Below are positions 54,836 through 63,016 of a stretch of 64,000 nucleotides of DNA, piece after piece; position 1 is the first letter of the stretch; every line of letters starts with the position of its first letter. Origin of the DNA: Elusimicrobia bacterium GWB2_63_22 (GTDB taxonomy: Bacteria; Elusimicrobiota; Elusimicrobia; Elusimicrobiales; UBA9959); NCBI GenBank assembly GCA_001799735.1, contig MGUA01000034.1:20056-84055 (forward strand), written 5' to 3'. The position numbers and the translations under genes are program-made. The notes below the pieces were generated by a model that ran no database searches, was not told the origin of the DNA, and saw nothing but the letters and a program-made list of their open reading frames with translations.

Positions 54836-55855
54836 CTATTTCAGTTCCAGCACGTCGTGCAGGCCGGGGCCGTAGGAGACCAGCTCCACCTTCGGGTGCG
54901 GGTAGGCGGCGCAGACCTTCTGCAGCGTGGCCATGAACCGCTTCGCCTCGCCGGTGAAACTCTTTACGCCGCGGGAGATGTCCGCCCCCTCCAGCATGTC
55001 TATGTGGGTGATGGCCAGTTTGGTGGCCGAATTTATCCTCACGGTCTGCAGCGCCACGTCCATCTCGAACTCCCCCACCCGGCGCAGGCGGCCGCTGACG
55101 CTGCCGACCTCGCGCCCGGCGGTATGATATTTTTCCAGCCGGGCCTTGTCCTTGGTCTCCCTGGCCACCAGGCCCGGGCCGACGCGGGTCACGTAGGGCT
55201 TGAAGATCGCGTAGATATCTCCGGCGTATTTCGGGCCCAGCCCGGCCTCGCCCATGAAGGTGGAGGCGGTGGTGTCGCGCGAGGTGACGAAGGGATACTC
55301 GCCGTGCAGGTTGGACAGCTTCATGCCCTGCGTGCCCTCCAGCAGCATGCGCGAACCTTTGGCCAGCGCTTTATTAAGAAGCTCCGGCACGTCCTTCACG
55401 TATCGCTTCAGGCGGGGATGGTCCTTGGCGAACATCAGTTTCTTCCTGTCCACGCGGTCGCGCACGGCCGCGCCCAGGCCGGTGCCGACGCTGCCGATCT
55501 TGCCCATCATCCGGGCGTCGGCGCGCTCCGCGGCGGTATGGCGCGGCTCTATCACTACGACATGCGGGTCGATTATCAGGCGGTGCCCGGCCCCGGTCAG
55601 TTCTATCTCCTTCTCCAGCCAGTCCGGGATCACGTAGGTGCCGGCGCCCAGCACCAGTTTGGCGCGCGGGTTTACAAAGCCGCCCGGCATGGTCTTGAGC
55701 GTGTAGATCTTGTCCTTAAAAAAGATGGTGTGCCCGGCGTTAGGCCCGCCGACGCGGATGCAGTAGTCGTAATCCTTCTTTACCGCCAGCCAGGCGCAGA
55801 TCTTGCCTTTGCCCTCGTCCCCGGCCTGCCCGCCCACCACAATATCGACAGCCAT
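54836..55855 (-). CDS. purA: Adenylosuccinate synthetase (short, 339 aa)
   Basis: GGQAGDEGKGK, GGPNAGHT, EGTQG, YPFVTSRD, YVTRVGPG, GRLRRVG. Confidence 0.93.
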   Translation of the reverse strand: MAVDIVVGGQAGDEGKGKICAWLAVKKDYDYCIRVGGPNAGHTIFFKDKIYTLKTMPGGFVNPRAKLVLGAGTYVIPDWLEKEIELTGAGHRLIIDPHVVVIEPRHTAAERADARMMGKIGSVGTGLGAAVRDRVDRKKLMFAKDHPRLKRYVKDVPELLNKALAKGSRMLLEGTQGMKLSNLHGEYPFVTSRDTTASTFMGEAGLGPKYAGDIYAIFKPYVTRVGPGLVARETKDKARLEKYHTAGREVGSVSGRLRRVGEFEMDVALQTVRINSATKLAITHIDMLEGADISRGVKSFTGEAKRFMATLQKVCAAYPHPKVELVSYGPGLHDVLELK

Positions 55856-55856
55856 G

Positions 55857-57269
55857 TTAGTTCTCCTTTGACCGCTGTACGGCCAGCCTGCCGGCCAGCC
55901 CCGTGTACGACAGGGGCGTAAGCTTCCCGAGTTCCGCCTTTACCGCCGGCGGCACGTCGAGACCTTTTATAAATTCGGCCAGGCTCTCGGCGGTTACGGT
56001 CCGGCCCCGGGTGAACTTGCTGAGCAGTTCGTAGGCGCCGGCCAGGCGTTCCCGGCGCAGGATGGTCTGCACGCCTTCCGCCAGCACCTCGGGATGGCCC
56101 AGGAGTTCGCCCTCGCAGGCCGCGGCGTCCACCGAAACGCGGGCGAGCCCGGTCAGCAGGGACCGGTACGCCGCCAGGCAATGCCCGAAGGCCGCGCCGA
56201 AATTGCGCTCCACGGTGGAGTCGGACAGGTCCCGCTGCAGCCGCGAGACCGGCAGCTTCGCCGAGAAGAAGCCGAGCAGGGCGTTGGCGAGGCCGAGGTT
56301 CCCCTCGGCGTTCTCAAAGTGGATGGGGTTCACCTTCTGCGGCATGGTGGAGGAGCCGATCTCCCCCGCCACGGCCTTCTGGGCCACCAGCCCGGCGGAG
56401 ATGTAGCGCCACATGTCCTGGCAGAAGCCCAGCAGTATGGTATTGGCCCGCCGCAGCGTGTCGAAGAGTTCCGCGTAGCTGTCATGGGGCTCTATCTGCG
56501 TGGTGAAAGGATTGAACTCCAGCTGCGGGCCGGCCTTGCCGTTGAAGCCCTCTATAAATTCCCTGGAGAACCTGGGCCAGTCTACTCCCGGGTAGGCGGC
56601 GGCGTGGGCGTTGTAATTGCCGGAGGCGCCGTTGAGCTTGGCGGCTATGCGGGCGCGCCTGAGCTGTGACACCTGGCGGTGCAGGCGGGCGTGGAAGACC
56701 CGGAATTCCTTGCCGAAGGTGGTGGGCACCGCCGGCTGGCCGTGCGTGCGGGCCAGGAGCGGCGTGGCGGCGTACCGGAGGGCCAGGGCGTCCAGGACCG
56801 CGAGCAGTTCTTCCAGCGCGGGCAGGAGCTCGGCGTTAAGGCAGTCCCGCAGCGTGAGGGCGTAGGAGATATTGTTGACGTCCTCCGAGGTGAGGGCGAA
56901 ATGCACCAGCTCGGAGAGGTCTTTGAGGGAGCTGCGGCGCAGCCGCTCCTTTATGAAGTATTCCACCGCCTTTACGTCGTGGCGGGTCGCCGGGACGCCC
57001 GGCACTCCGGTGTCCTCTATAGCGGCTATGCGGTCCACGTCGGCGGCAGTGAGGCGCGGCAGCCTTTCAAGAAAATCTTTTTCGGCAGGCTTAAGCCGCC
57101 GCGCTTTCACCCCGGGGGTAGCGCAGAGCTTGGCCAGGTAGCGGCACTCTACCAGCACCCTGTAGCGGGCCAGCGCCCCCTCGCCGGCCAGGCCGCTAAG
57201 GCCCCCCAGCTTGGCGGCGTACCTGCCGTCCAAGGGACTTACCGCGTTCATGTCGCGCTTTCCCGCCAT
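55857..57269 (-). CDS. purB: Adenylosuccinate lyase
   Basis: SPLDGRY, HDVKAVEY, ARTHGQPA, GSSTMPQKVNPI.FEN, SRLQRDL. Confidence 0.96.
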   Translation of the reverse strand: MAGKRDMNAVSPLDGRYAAKLGGLSGLAGEGALARYRVLVECRYLAKLCATPGVKARRLKPAEKDFLERLPRLTAADVDRIAAIEDTGVPGVPATRHDVKAVEYFIKERLRRSSLKDLSELVHFALTSEDVNNISYALTLRDCLNAELLPALEELLAVLDALALRYAATPLLARTHGQPAVPTTFGKEFRVFHARLHRQVSQLRRARIAAKLNGASGNYNAHAAAYPGVDWPRFSREFIEGFNGKAGPQLEFNPFTTQIEPHDSYAELFDTLRRANTILLGFCQDMWRYISAGLVAQKAVAGEIGSSTMPQKVNPIHFENAEGNLGLANALLGFFSAKLPVSRLQRDLSDSTVERNFGAAFGHCLAAYRSLLTGLARVSVDAAACEGELLGHPEVLAEGVQTILRRERLAGAYELLSKFTRGRTVTAESLAEFIKGLDVPPAVKAELGKLTPLSYTGLAGRLAVQRSKEN

Positions 57270-57273
57270 ATGT

Positions 57274-57336
57274 CCTCCAAAAAAATAACCCCTGTCTGCG
57301 TCGGCAAGACATGGGGTCTTGCAACTAATTTTAACA
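57274..57336 (-). promoter_or_regulatory. Extended -10 promoter plus short leader with alternative antiterminator/terminator hairpins upstream of purB
   Basis: Minus strand TGTTAAAAT-tagtt-GCAAGAC-cccat-GTCTTGC..AGACAGGGGTTA-T7-GGAGG. Confidence 0.65.
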
Positions 57337-57366
57337 CAAATCCGCCGTCCCGGTAAAACCCTGTTT

Positions 57367-57375
57367 TGCTACAAT
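57367..57375 (+). promoter_or_regulatory. Putative extended -10 (TGCTACAAT) 6 nt upstream of the ATG, leaderless type
   Basis: TGCTACAAT-atcgct-ATG (57382). Confidence 0.55.
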
Positions 57376-57381
57376 ATCGCT

Positions 57382-58473
57382 ATGGAAACAACCCCGGAGG
57401 AATGCTCGGTAGTACTGGAGTCACTGGAGCAGACCTGTGAAACTTTTTTCATCACCGACGCCAGGGGAACCATTGTTTACGTCAACCCGGCCTTCGAAAA
57501 ACTCAGCGGCTATTCCAAGCAGGAGGCCCTCGGCAAGAACGCCAGCCTGCTCAAGAGCGGCGAGCAGAGCGCCGAATTCTACGGCGAGATGTGGGCCACG
57601 CTGAAGGCCGGCAAGCGCTGGGCCGGGCGCCTGGTGAACCGCCGCAAGGACGGCACCACCTACATCGACGAACAGCGCATCTGCCCTATAAAAGACGCCT
57701 CGGGGGCCATAAAGTATTACCTGGCGCTGCGCCACGACATCACCCGCGAACGGGAGCTGGAAGACCAGCTCAACCAGAGCCAGAAGATGGAATCCCTGGG
57801 CCTGCTGGCCGGCCAGATCTCCCACGACTTCAACAACCTGCTCACCATCATCATCGGGTCCATGGAGCTGGTCAGCGAGGACCTGAAGCCCGGCACCGTG
57901 GGGCACAAACTGGCCTCCGAGATACTCCGCTCCTCCAAGGAATCCGCCAACCTTATAAAGCAGCTGATGGTCTTCGCCCGCCGGCAGGACGCCACCCCCG
58001 CGCTGGTCTCCCTGAACGAACCGCTGAAGGAGCTTAAGGTGCTGCTCGACAAACTGCTGGGGCACAATGTAAAAGCCGCCTATTCGTTCGACGAAAACCT
58101 GTCAAAGGTCAGGATAGAACCTGAGCAGTTCAAGCAGTCGGTCATGAACCTGGCCATCAACGCCAAGGACGCCATGAACGGCTCCGGCAGCGTATTGTTA
58201 AAGACCTATAACGCCGGCCCCGAAGGCCTGCCTGCCGGCGTCCCGGCGCGGGCTTACGCCGTGTTCGAACTCTCCGACACCGGCCCCGGCATTCCCAAAG
58301 AGATCCTGCAGAAGATCTTCGAGCCTTTCTTCACCACCAAGCCAAAGGGTAAAGGCACGGGCCTGGGCCTTTCCTCGGTCTACGGCATTGTCGCGCAGAA
58401 CGGCGGCTATGTGCTGGCCGCCAACAAGCCGGGCGGCGGCGCCGCTTTCACCATCTACTTCCCCGCCGCCTAG
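57382..58473 (+). CDS. Cytoplasmic PAS-domain sensor histidine kinase
   Basis: [49 protein letters not shown]. Confidence 0.93.
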   Translation: METTPEECSVVLESLEQTCETFFITDARGTIVYVNPAFEKLSGYSKQEALGKNASLLKSGEQSAEFYGEMWATLKAGKRWAGRLVNRRKDGTTYIDEQRICPIKDASGAIKYYLALRHDITRERELEDQLNQSQKMESLGLLAGQISHDFNNLLTIIIGSMELVSEDLKPGTVGHKLASEILRSSKESANLIKQLMVFARRQDATPALVSLNEPLKELKVLLDKLLGHNVKAAYSFDENLSKVRIEPEQFKQSVMNLAINAKDAMNGSGSVLLKTYNAGPEGLPAGVPARAYAVFELSDTGPGIPKEILQKIFEPFFTTKPKGKGTGLGLSSVYGIVAQNGGYVLAANKPGGGAAFTIYFPAA

Positions 58474-60632
58474 TGGCGGAAATGCCGCAGGCCGGTCAGC
58501 ACCATGGCCAGGCCCAGCCTGTCCGCGGCCTCTATAACTTCCTTATCTTTTACCGAACCGCCGGGCTGTATGACGGCGGTGGCCCCTATGCGGGCCCCCT
58601 CCTCCAGCGCGTCCGGGAAAGGGAAGAAGGCGTCGGACGCCATCACCAGGGTCTCCGGTTTGGGATTAACCTTTAAGAAAGCCTCGTATTTGTGGCCGGC
58701 CATGAAAACAGAGTCCACGCGGGACATCTGGCCGGCGCCTATGCCTACCGTCCGGCAGGTGTCGGCGAAGACTATGGCGTTGGAGCGCACGTACTTGGCC
58801 GCGGCCCAGGCGAAGCGCAGGGCCTCTTCCTCGCCGGAAGTCGGTTTGCGTTTAGTGGGGATCTCCCATTTGTCGCCCAACAGCTTGTTATCGTCGCCGC
58901 CCACCAGCACCTCTTCCCCGACGGAGCGCAGCACCAGGTGGTCCTTCGGGAAACTGTCCCATTTGAGCAGGCGGAGATTTGTCTTTTTCGCGAAGATCTC
59001 CAGGGCCTTCGGATCAAAGTCCGGGGCGCAGATGACCTCCACGAATTTCCTGGCGAGGAATTCGGCTATGCGCCCGTCGAGAGGCCGGTTGACCGCTATG
59101 ATCCCGCCGAAGGCGGAAAGCGGATCCGTGCTCCAGGCGCGCTCGAAAGCTTCTGCGATATCCGTCCCGGTCCCGAGGCCGCAGGGCGTGACATGCTTGA
59201 AGATAACGGCGGCGGGCTTGTCGAATTCTCCCACGGCCTGCCAGGTGCCGTAGGCGTCGAGGATATTGTTGTACGAGAGCTCCTTGCCCTGCAGCTGGGT
59301 GAAGGGCGGCCTATCCTTCCTGGTGTAGAGGGCGCAGGCCTGGTGCGGGTTCTCGCCGTAGCGCAGGCTGTGCACTTTTTTCAGCTTCAGTTCCAGGCTG
59401 TCCGGGGAAGACGCGCCGGCACCTCCCAGGGCGCGGGCTATCTCCCCGTCGTAGGCCGCGGTGTGGGCGAAGCCTTTTACGGAAAGTTCCTTCTTCAGCT
59501 CCAGCGGCAGGACGCCCCTGCCCGCGCGCAGGGCCTCCAGCACCGGGGCGTAATCGGCCGGGGAGGTGAGCACGGCCACTGCCTGGTAGTTCTTGGCCGC
59601 GCCCCTTATCAGGGCCACGCCGCCGATGTCTATGTTCTCTATGAGCTCCTCCGACCAGGGAGCGGCTTTTTGGGCCGTGGCGGCGAAAGGATAGAGGTTG
59701 ACCACCACCATATCGATAGGCTCTATGCCGAAATTAAACACGGTCGCCGCGTGGGCGGGGTTGTCGCGCCGGTAGAGTATGCCGCCGTGCACGGCGGGGT
59801 GCAGGGTCTTTACGCGGCCGTCCAGCATTTCCGGGAAGGCGGTGAGGGTTTCCAGCGCGCGCACCGGGAGGCCGGCGTCCCTGAGGGCCTTGTAGGTGCC
59901 GGAGGTGGAGACCAGCTCCACGCCTTCGTGAGCGAGGCCTTTGGCGAATTCGAGCAGGCCGGTTTTGTCAGAGACGGACAGGAGCGCGCGGCGCACCTTG
60001 CCGGTCTCATGCAGCGGGCCGGTGGTCCGCACCTTCCCCCCTTCGAGCAGCAGCCGGCCGGCGCAGAACAGGGCGACGGCGGCGGGGTAGATGGCGTGCT
60101 CGGCGGAGAGCACCCTGGCGGCCAGGGTGTCGGGGGTGTCGCCGGGCAGCACGGGGACGGGCTGCTGGGCGATTATGGGGCCGCGGTCATAGGCCTCGTC
60201 GATAAAATGCACGGTGGCGCCGGTGACTTTGGCGCCGGCTTCGAGGACGGCCTCATGGACTTTCATGCCGTAGAAGCCTTTGCCGCCGAAGGCGGGGAGC
60301 AGGGCGGGATGGACGTTGAGGATCTTGTTCCTGAACTCGAAGAGCATTTTGGGGCCGAGCTTCAGCATGAAGCCGGCGAGGCAGATGAGGTCTGCCCTAT
60401 GGGCGCGGCAGACGGAGGCGAGGTAGTCGTCGTAGTTGCCGGGGGCGAAGTCTTTGGGGGAGGCGGCTTCGGCGGGGATGCCGGCTTTTTTGGCCCGGTC
60501 GAGGGCGCCGGCGTCTTTTTTGCTGGAGAGGACGAGGACTATTTTGCCGTCTATGCGGCCGTCGCGGGCCGCGTCTATGAGTGACTGCAGGTTGGTGCCG
60601 CCGCCCGAAGCGAATACGACGATATTTTTCAT
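58470..60632 (-). CDS. purH: Fused PurN (GAR transformylase) - PurH (AICAR transformylase/IMP cyclohydrolase)
   Basis: N-terminal FASGGGTNLQ..HPALLP..GATVHF; then ALLSVSDKTG, GRVKTLHP, IDIGG, LRYGENPHQ, SDAFFPF, RHFRH in one frame. Confidence 0.93.
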   Translation of the reverse strand: MKNIVVFASGGGTNLQSLIDAARDGRIDGKIVLVLSSKKDAGALDRAKKAGIPAEAASPKDFAPGNYDDYLASVCRAHRADLICLAGFMLKLGPKMLFEFRNKILNVHPALLPAFGGKGFYGMKVHEAVLEAGAKVTGATVHFIDEAYDRGPIIAQQPVPVLPGDTPDTLAARVLSAEHAIYPAAVALFCAGRLLLEGGKVRTTGPLHETGKVRRALLSVSDKTGLLEFAKGLAHEGVELVSTSGTYKALRDAGLPVRALETLTAFPEMLDGRVKTLHPAVHGGILYRRDNPAHAATVFNFGIEPIDMVVVNLYPFAATAQKAAPWSEELIENIDIGGVALIRGAAKNYQAVAVLTSPADYAPVLEALRAGRGVLPLELKKELSVKGFAHTAAYDGEIARALGGAGASSPDSLELKLKKVHSLRYGENPHQACALYTRKDRPPFTQLQGKELSYNNILDAYGTWQAVGEFDKPAAVIFKHVTPCGLGTGTDIAEAFERAWSTDPLSAFGGIIAVNRPLDGRIAEFLARKFVEVICAPDFDPKALEIFAKKTNLRLLKWDSFPKDHLVLRSVGEEVLVGGDDNKLLGDKWEIPTKRKPTSGEEEALRFAWAAAKYVRSNAIVFADTCRTVGIGAGQMSRVDSVFMAGHKYEAFLKVNPKPETLVMASDAFFPFPDALEEGARIGATAVIQPGGSVKDKEVIEAADRLGLAMVLTGLRHFRH

Positions 60633-60650
60633 AGGCCTCCAGTTCTATTT

Positions 60651-60776
60651 GGGTTGACCGGGGCATTACCCCCGCTCACCCGGACTGCAGGGGACCGTTG
60701 CGCGGTCCCCCTCCAGCCGAAGCGGCTGGAGCCTCCCCTCCCCAACGGGTGCTCGGGGGTAATGCCCCGGCCACCC
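60651..60776. repeat. Intergenic multi-branched palindromic element
   Basis: Perfect 17-bp IR CCGGGGCATTACCCCCG (60658-60674 / 60754-60770) enclosing two 8-bp hairpins. Confidence 0.75.
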
Positions 60777-60783
60777 CTCGTCG

Positions 60784-61752
60784 CTACAGTAAAACTACTT
60801 CGTTTTTGCCTTTTACTACTTCGCCGACGACGACGGAACCTTTCAGGGTACGGAGAGCGGTTTGGGCGGCGGCGGGGCGCAGGACGGCGATCATGCCGAG
60901 GCCCATGTTGAAGGAGTCCCACATGTCGGCTTCGGGGATATTGCCGAGGCGCTGGAGCTCGCGCATGATGGCAGGCACCTTCCAGGAGTCCTTGTGGACT
61001 ACGGCGCCCAGGTGCTTAGGGAGGACGCGGGGCAGGTTGCCGGGGATGCCGGCGCCGGTGATGTGGGCCAGGGCGTTTACGTCCTGCCCGCGTTTCTTCA
61101 GGGCGGCGCGCAGTTTGTTTACATCCTTGACGTAGATCTTGGTCGGGGTGAGCAGGCGGGGAGCGTATTTTTTGAGGAGCTTTTTATCGTCCAGGACTTT
61201 GCGTATCAGGGAGAAGCCGTTGGAATGGAAACCGGTGGAAGGGAGGCCCACCAGGACGTCGCCGGCGCGGACCTTCCTGCCGTCCAGGACTTTGGAGTTC
61301 TCTACTATGCCGACGGAGAAACCGGCGAGGTCGTATTCGCCGGGCTGGTAGAAGCCGGGCATTTCGGCGGTCTCGCCGCCCAGCAGGGCGGATTCGCCCT
61401 GGCGGCAGCCTTCCAGGATGCCGGCTATGATCTTCTTGGACGTGGCGAGGTCCAGGCGGCCGGTGGCGTAGTAGTCGAGAAAGATCATCGGGCGGGCGCC
61501 GCAGCAGAGCAGGTCGTTGACGCACATGGCGACGAGGTCTATGCCTATGGTGTCGTGGCGGTCCAGGAGGAAGGCGAGCTTGAGCTTGGTGCCCACGCCG
61601 TCGGTGGAGGCGACTATGCTGTATTTATTCTTCGTTTCAGGCACGGACAGCAGGCCGGCGAAGCCGCCTATGGCCTTCGACTTTTTCTCCAGGAACTCGG
61701 TGAACTTGTCGGCCAGGTGGATATCAACTCCGCTTTTCTTGTAGGTAGTCAT
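60784..61752 (-). CDS. purM: Phosphoribosylformylglycinamidine cyclo-ligase (AIR synthase)
   Basis: YKKSGVD, DGVGTK, GIDLVAMCVND, GGETAEMP, HSNG, FNMG.G. Confidence 0.96.
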   Translation of the reverse strand: MTTYKKSGVDIHLADKFTEFLEKKSKAIGGFAGLLSVPETKNKYSIVASTDGVGTKLKLAFLLDRHDTIGIDLVAMCVNDLLCCGARPMIFLDYYATGRLDLATSKKIIAGILEGCRQGESALLGGETAEMPGFYQPGEYDLAGFSVGIVENSKVLDGRKVRAGDVLVGLPSTGFHSNGFSLIRKVLDDKKLLKKYAPRLLTPTKIYVKDVNKLRAALKKRGQDVNALAHITGAGIPGNLPRVLPKHLGAVVHKDSWKVPAIMRELQRLGNIPEADMWDSFNMGLGMIAVLRPAAAQTALRTLKGSVVVGEVVKGKNEVVLL

Positions 61753-61761
61753 CGGTTCTCC

Positions 61762-63012
61762 TTAAAGCCCTATATCCTTGCGGTACTGCATGCCTTCGAA
61801 TTTTATCCCGGCGAGGGCGGCGTAGGCCTTCCCCCTCGCGGCCTCTACGTTCTCCCCGCAGGCCGTCACGGCGAATACGCGGCCCCCGGCGGTGAGGTAG
61901 GCGTCATCCTTCTTAACGGTGCCGGCGTGGAAGACCTGCACCCCGGCGGCCTGGTCGTAGAGGCCGGTTATGGCCCGGCCTGTTTCCGGCGCTTCCGGGT
62001 AGCCGGCGGATGCGGCCACTACGGTTACACAGGTCTCGCCTGTAAGTTCCAGCGCCTTGCCGGCCAGCCGCCCGTCGGCGCAGGCGCTGAGCAGGGGCAG
62101 CAGGTCGCTCTGGAGGACCGGCATGATAGCCTGCGTTTCGGGGTCCCCGAAGCGCACGTTAAATTCCAGGACCTTGGGCCCCTCGGGGGTGAACATGAGC
62201 CCGGCGTAGATCACGCCCCGGAAACCCAGGCGCTCTTTCTTTACGCCGTCGAGAAAGCGCTGTATGACTTCCGTCCTGATGATTTCCATGTCCTCTTCGG
62301 GCAGCTCTACGGGGCAGACGGCGCCCATGCCGCCGGTATTGGGACCCTTGTCGCCTTCGAGCAGGCGCTTATGGTCGCGCGAGACCGGCAGCAGCAGGGC
62401 GCTTTCCCCGTCTACCAGCGCCATCACCGAGGCCTCCCGGCCGGTGATGAATTCCTCCATCACCACCTTGGAGCCGGCCGCGCCGAAGATGCGCCGCTCC
62501 ATAAAATCTTCCACGGCGGCCAGCGCCTCGGCCTCCGACTGGCAGATGCGCACGCCTTTGCCGGCCGCCAGCCCGTCGGCCTTAAGGACTACCGGGTATT
62601 TTTTATTCTCCGCTATCTTTTCCCTGGCGAAGGGAGCGGAGTAGAGCACGGAGAAGCCCGCCGTGGGAATCTCGTTGCGCTCCATGAACTCCTTGGCGAA
62701 CTGTTTGGAGGCCTCCAGCATGGCCCCTCGCTGCGACGGGCCGAACACTTTTATGCCTTTGCCGGTCAGGAAATCGGTCAGGCCTTTGGCCAGCGGGGCC
62801 TCGGGGCCTATCACCACCAGCGCGACGTTCTCGGCCAGGCAGTAGCCGTAGATCCCGTCGTGGTCCTCCTGCCGCACCGGCGGGCAGGCCGCCAGCCCGG
62901 CTATGGCCGCCGACCCGGGGATGCAGTGCAGCCGGCCCAGCAGCGGGCTCTGCTTGAGCTTCCAGGCCAGCGCGTGCTCGCGCCCGCCGGAACCGATCAG
63001 GAGTACGTTCAT
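61762..63012 (-). CDS. purD: Phosphoribosylamine-glycine ligase
   Basis: GSGGREHAL, KADGLAAGKGV, GPNTGGMG, EFNVRFGDPE. Confidence 0.97.
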   Translation of the reverse strand: MNVLLIGSGGREHALAWKLKQSPLLGRLHCIPGSAAIAGLAACPPVRQEDHDGIYGYCLAENVALVVIGPEAPLAKGLTDFLTGKGIKVFGPSQRGAMLEASKQFAKEFMERNEIPTAGFSVLYSAPFAREKIAENKKYPVVLKADGLAAGKGVRICQSEAEALAAVEDFMERRIFGAAGSKVVMEEFITGREASVMALVDGESALLLPVSRDHKRLLEGDKGPNTGGMGAVCPVELPEEDMEIIRTEVIQRFLDGVKKERLGFRGVIYAGLMFTPEGPKVLEFNVRFGDPETQAIMPVLQSDLLPLLSACADGRLAGKALELTGETCVTVVAASAGYPEAPETGRAITGLYDQAAGVQVFHAGTVKKDDAYLTAGGRVFAVTACGENVEAARGKAYAALAGIKFEGMQYRKDIGL

Positions 63013-63016
63013 AGGT

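Noticed and set aside
60633-60783. ZMP/ZTP (pfl) riboswitch upstream of purH
   Set aside because: The consensus GACUGGCG and CGCCUGGGC segments are absent on the coding strand.
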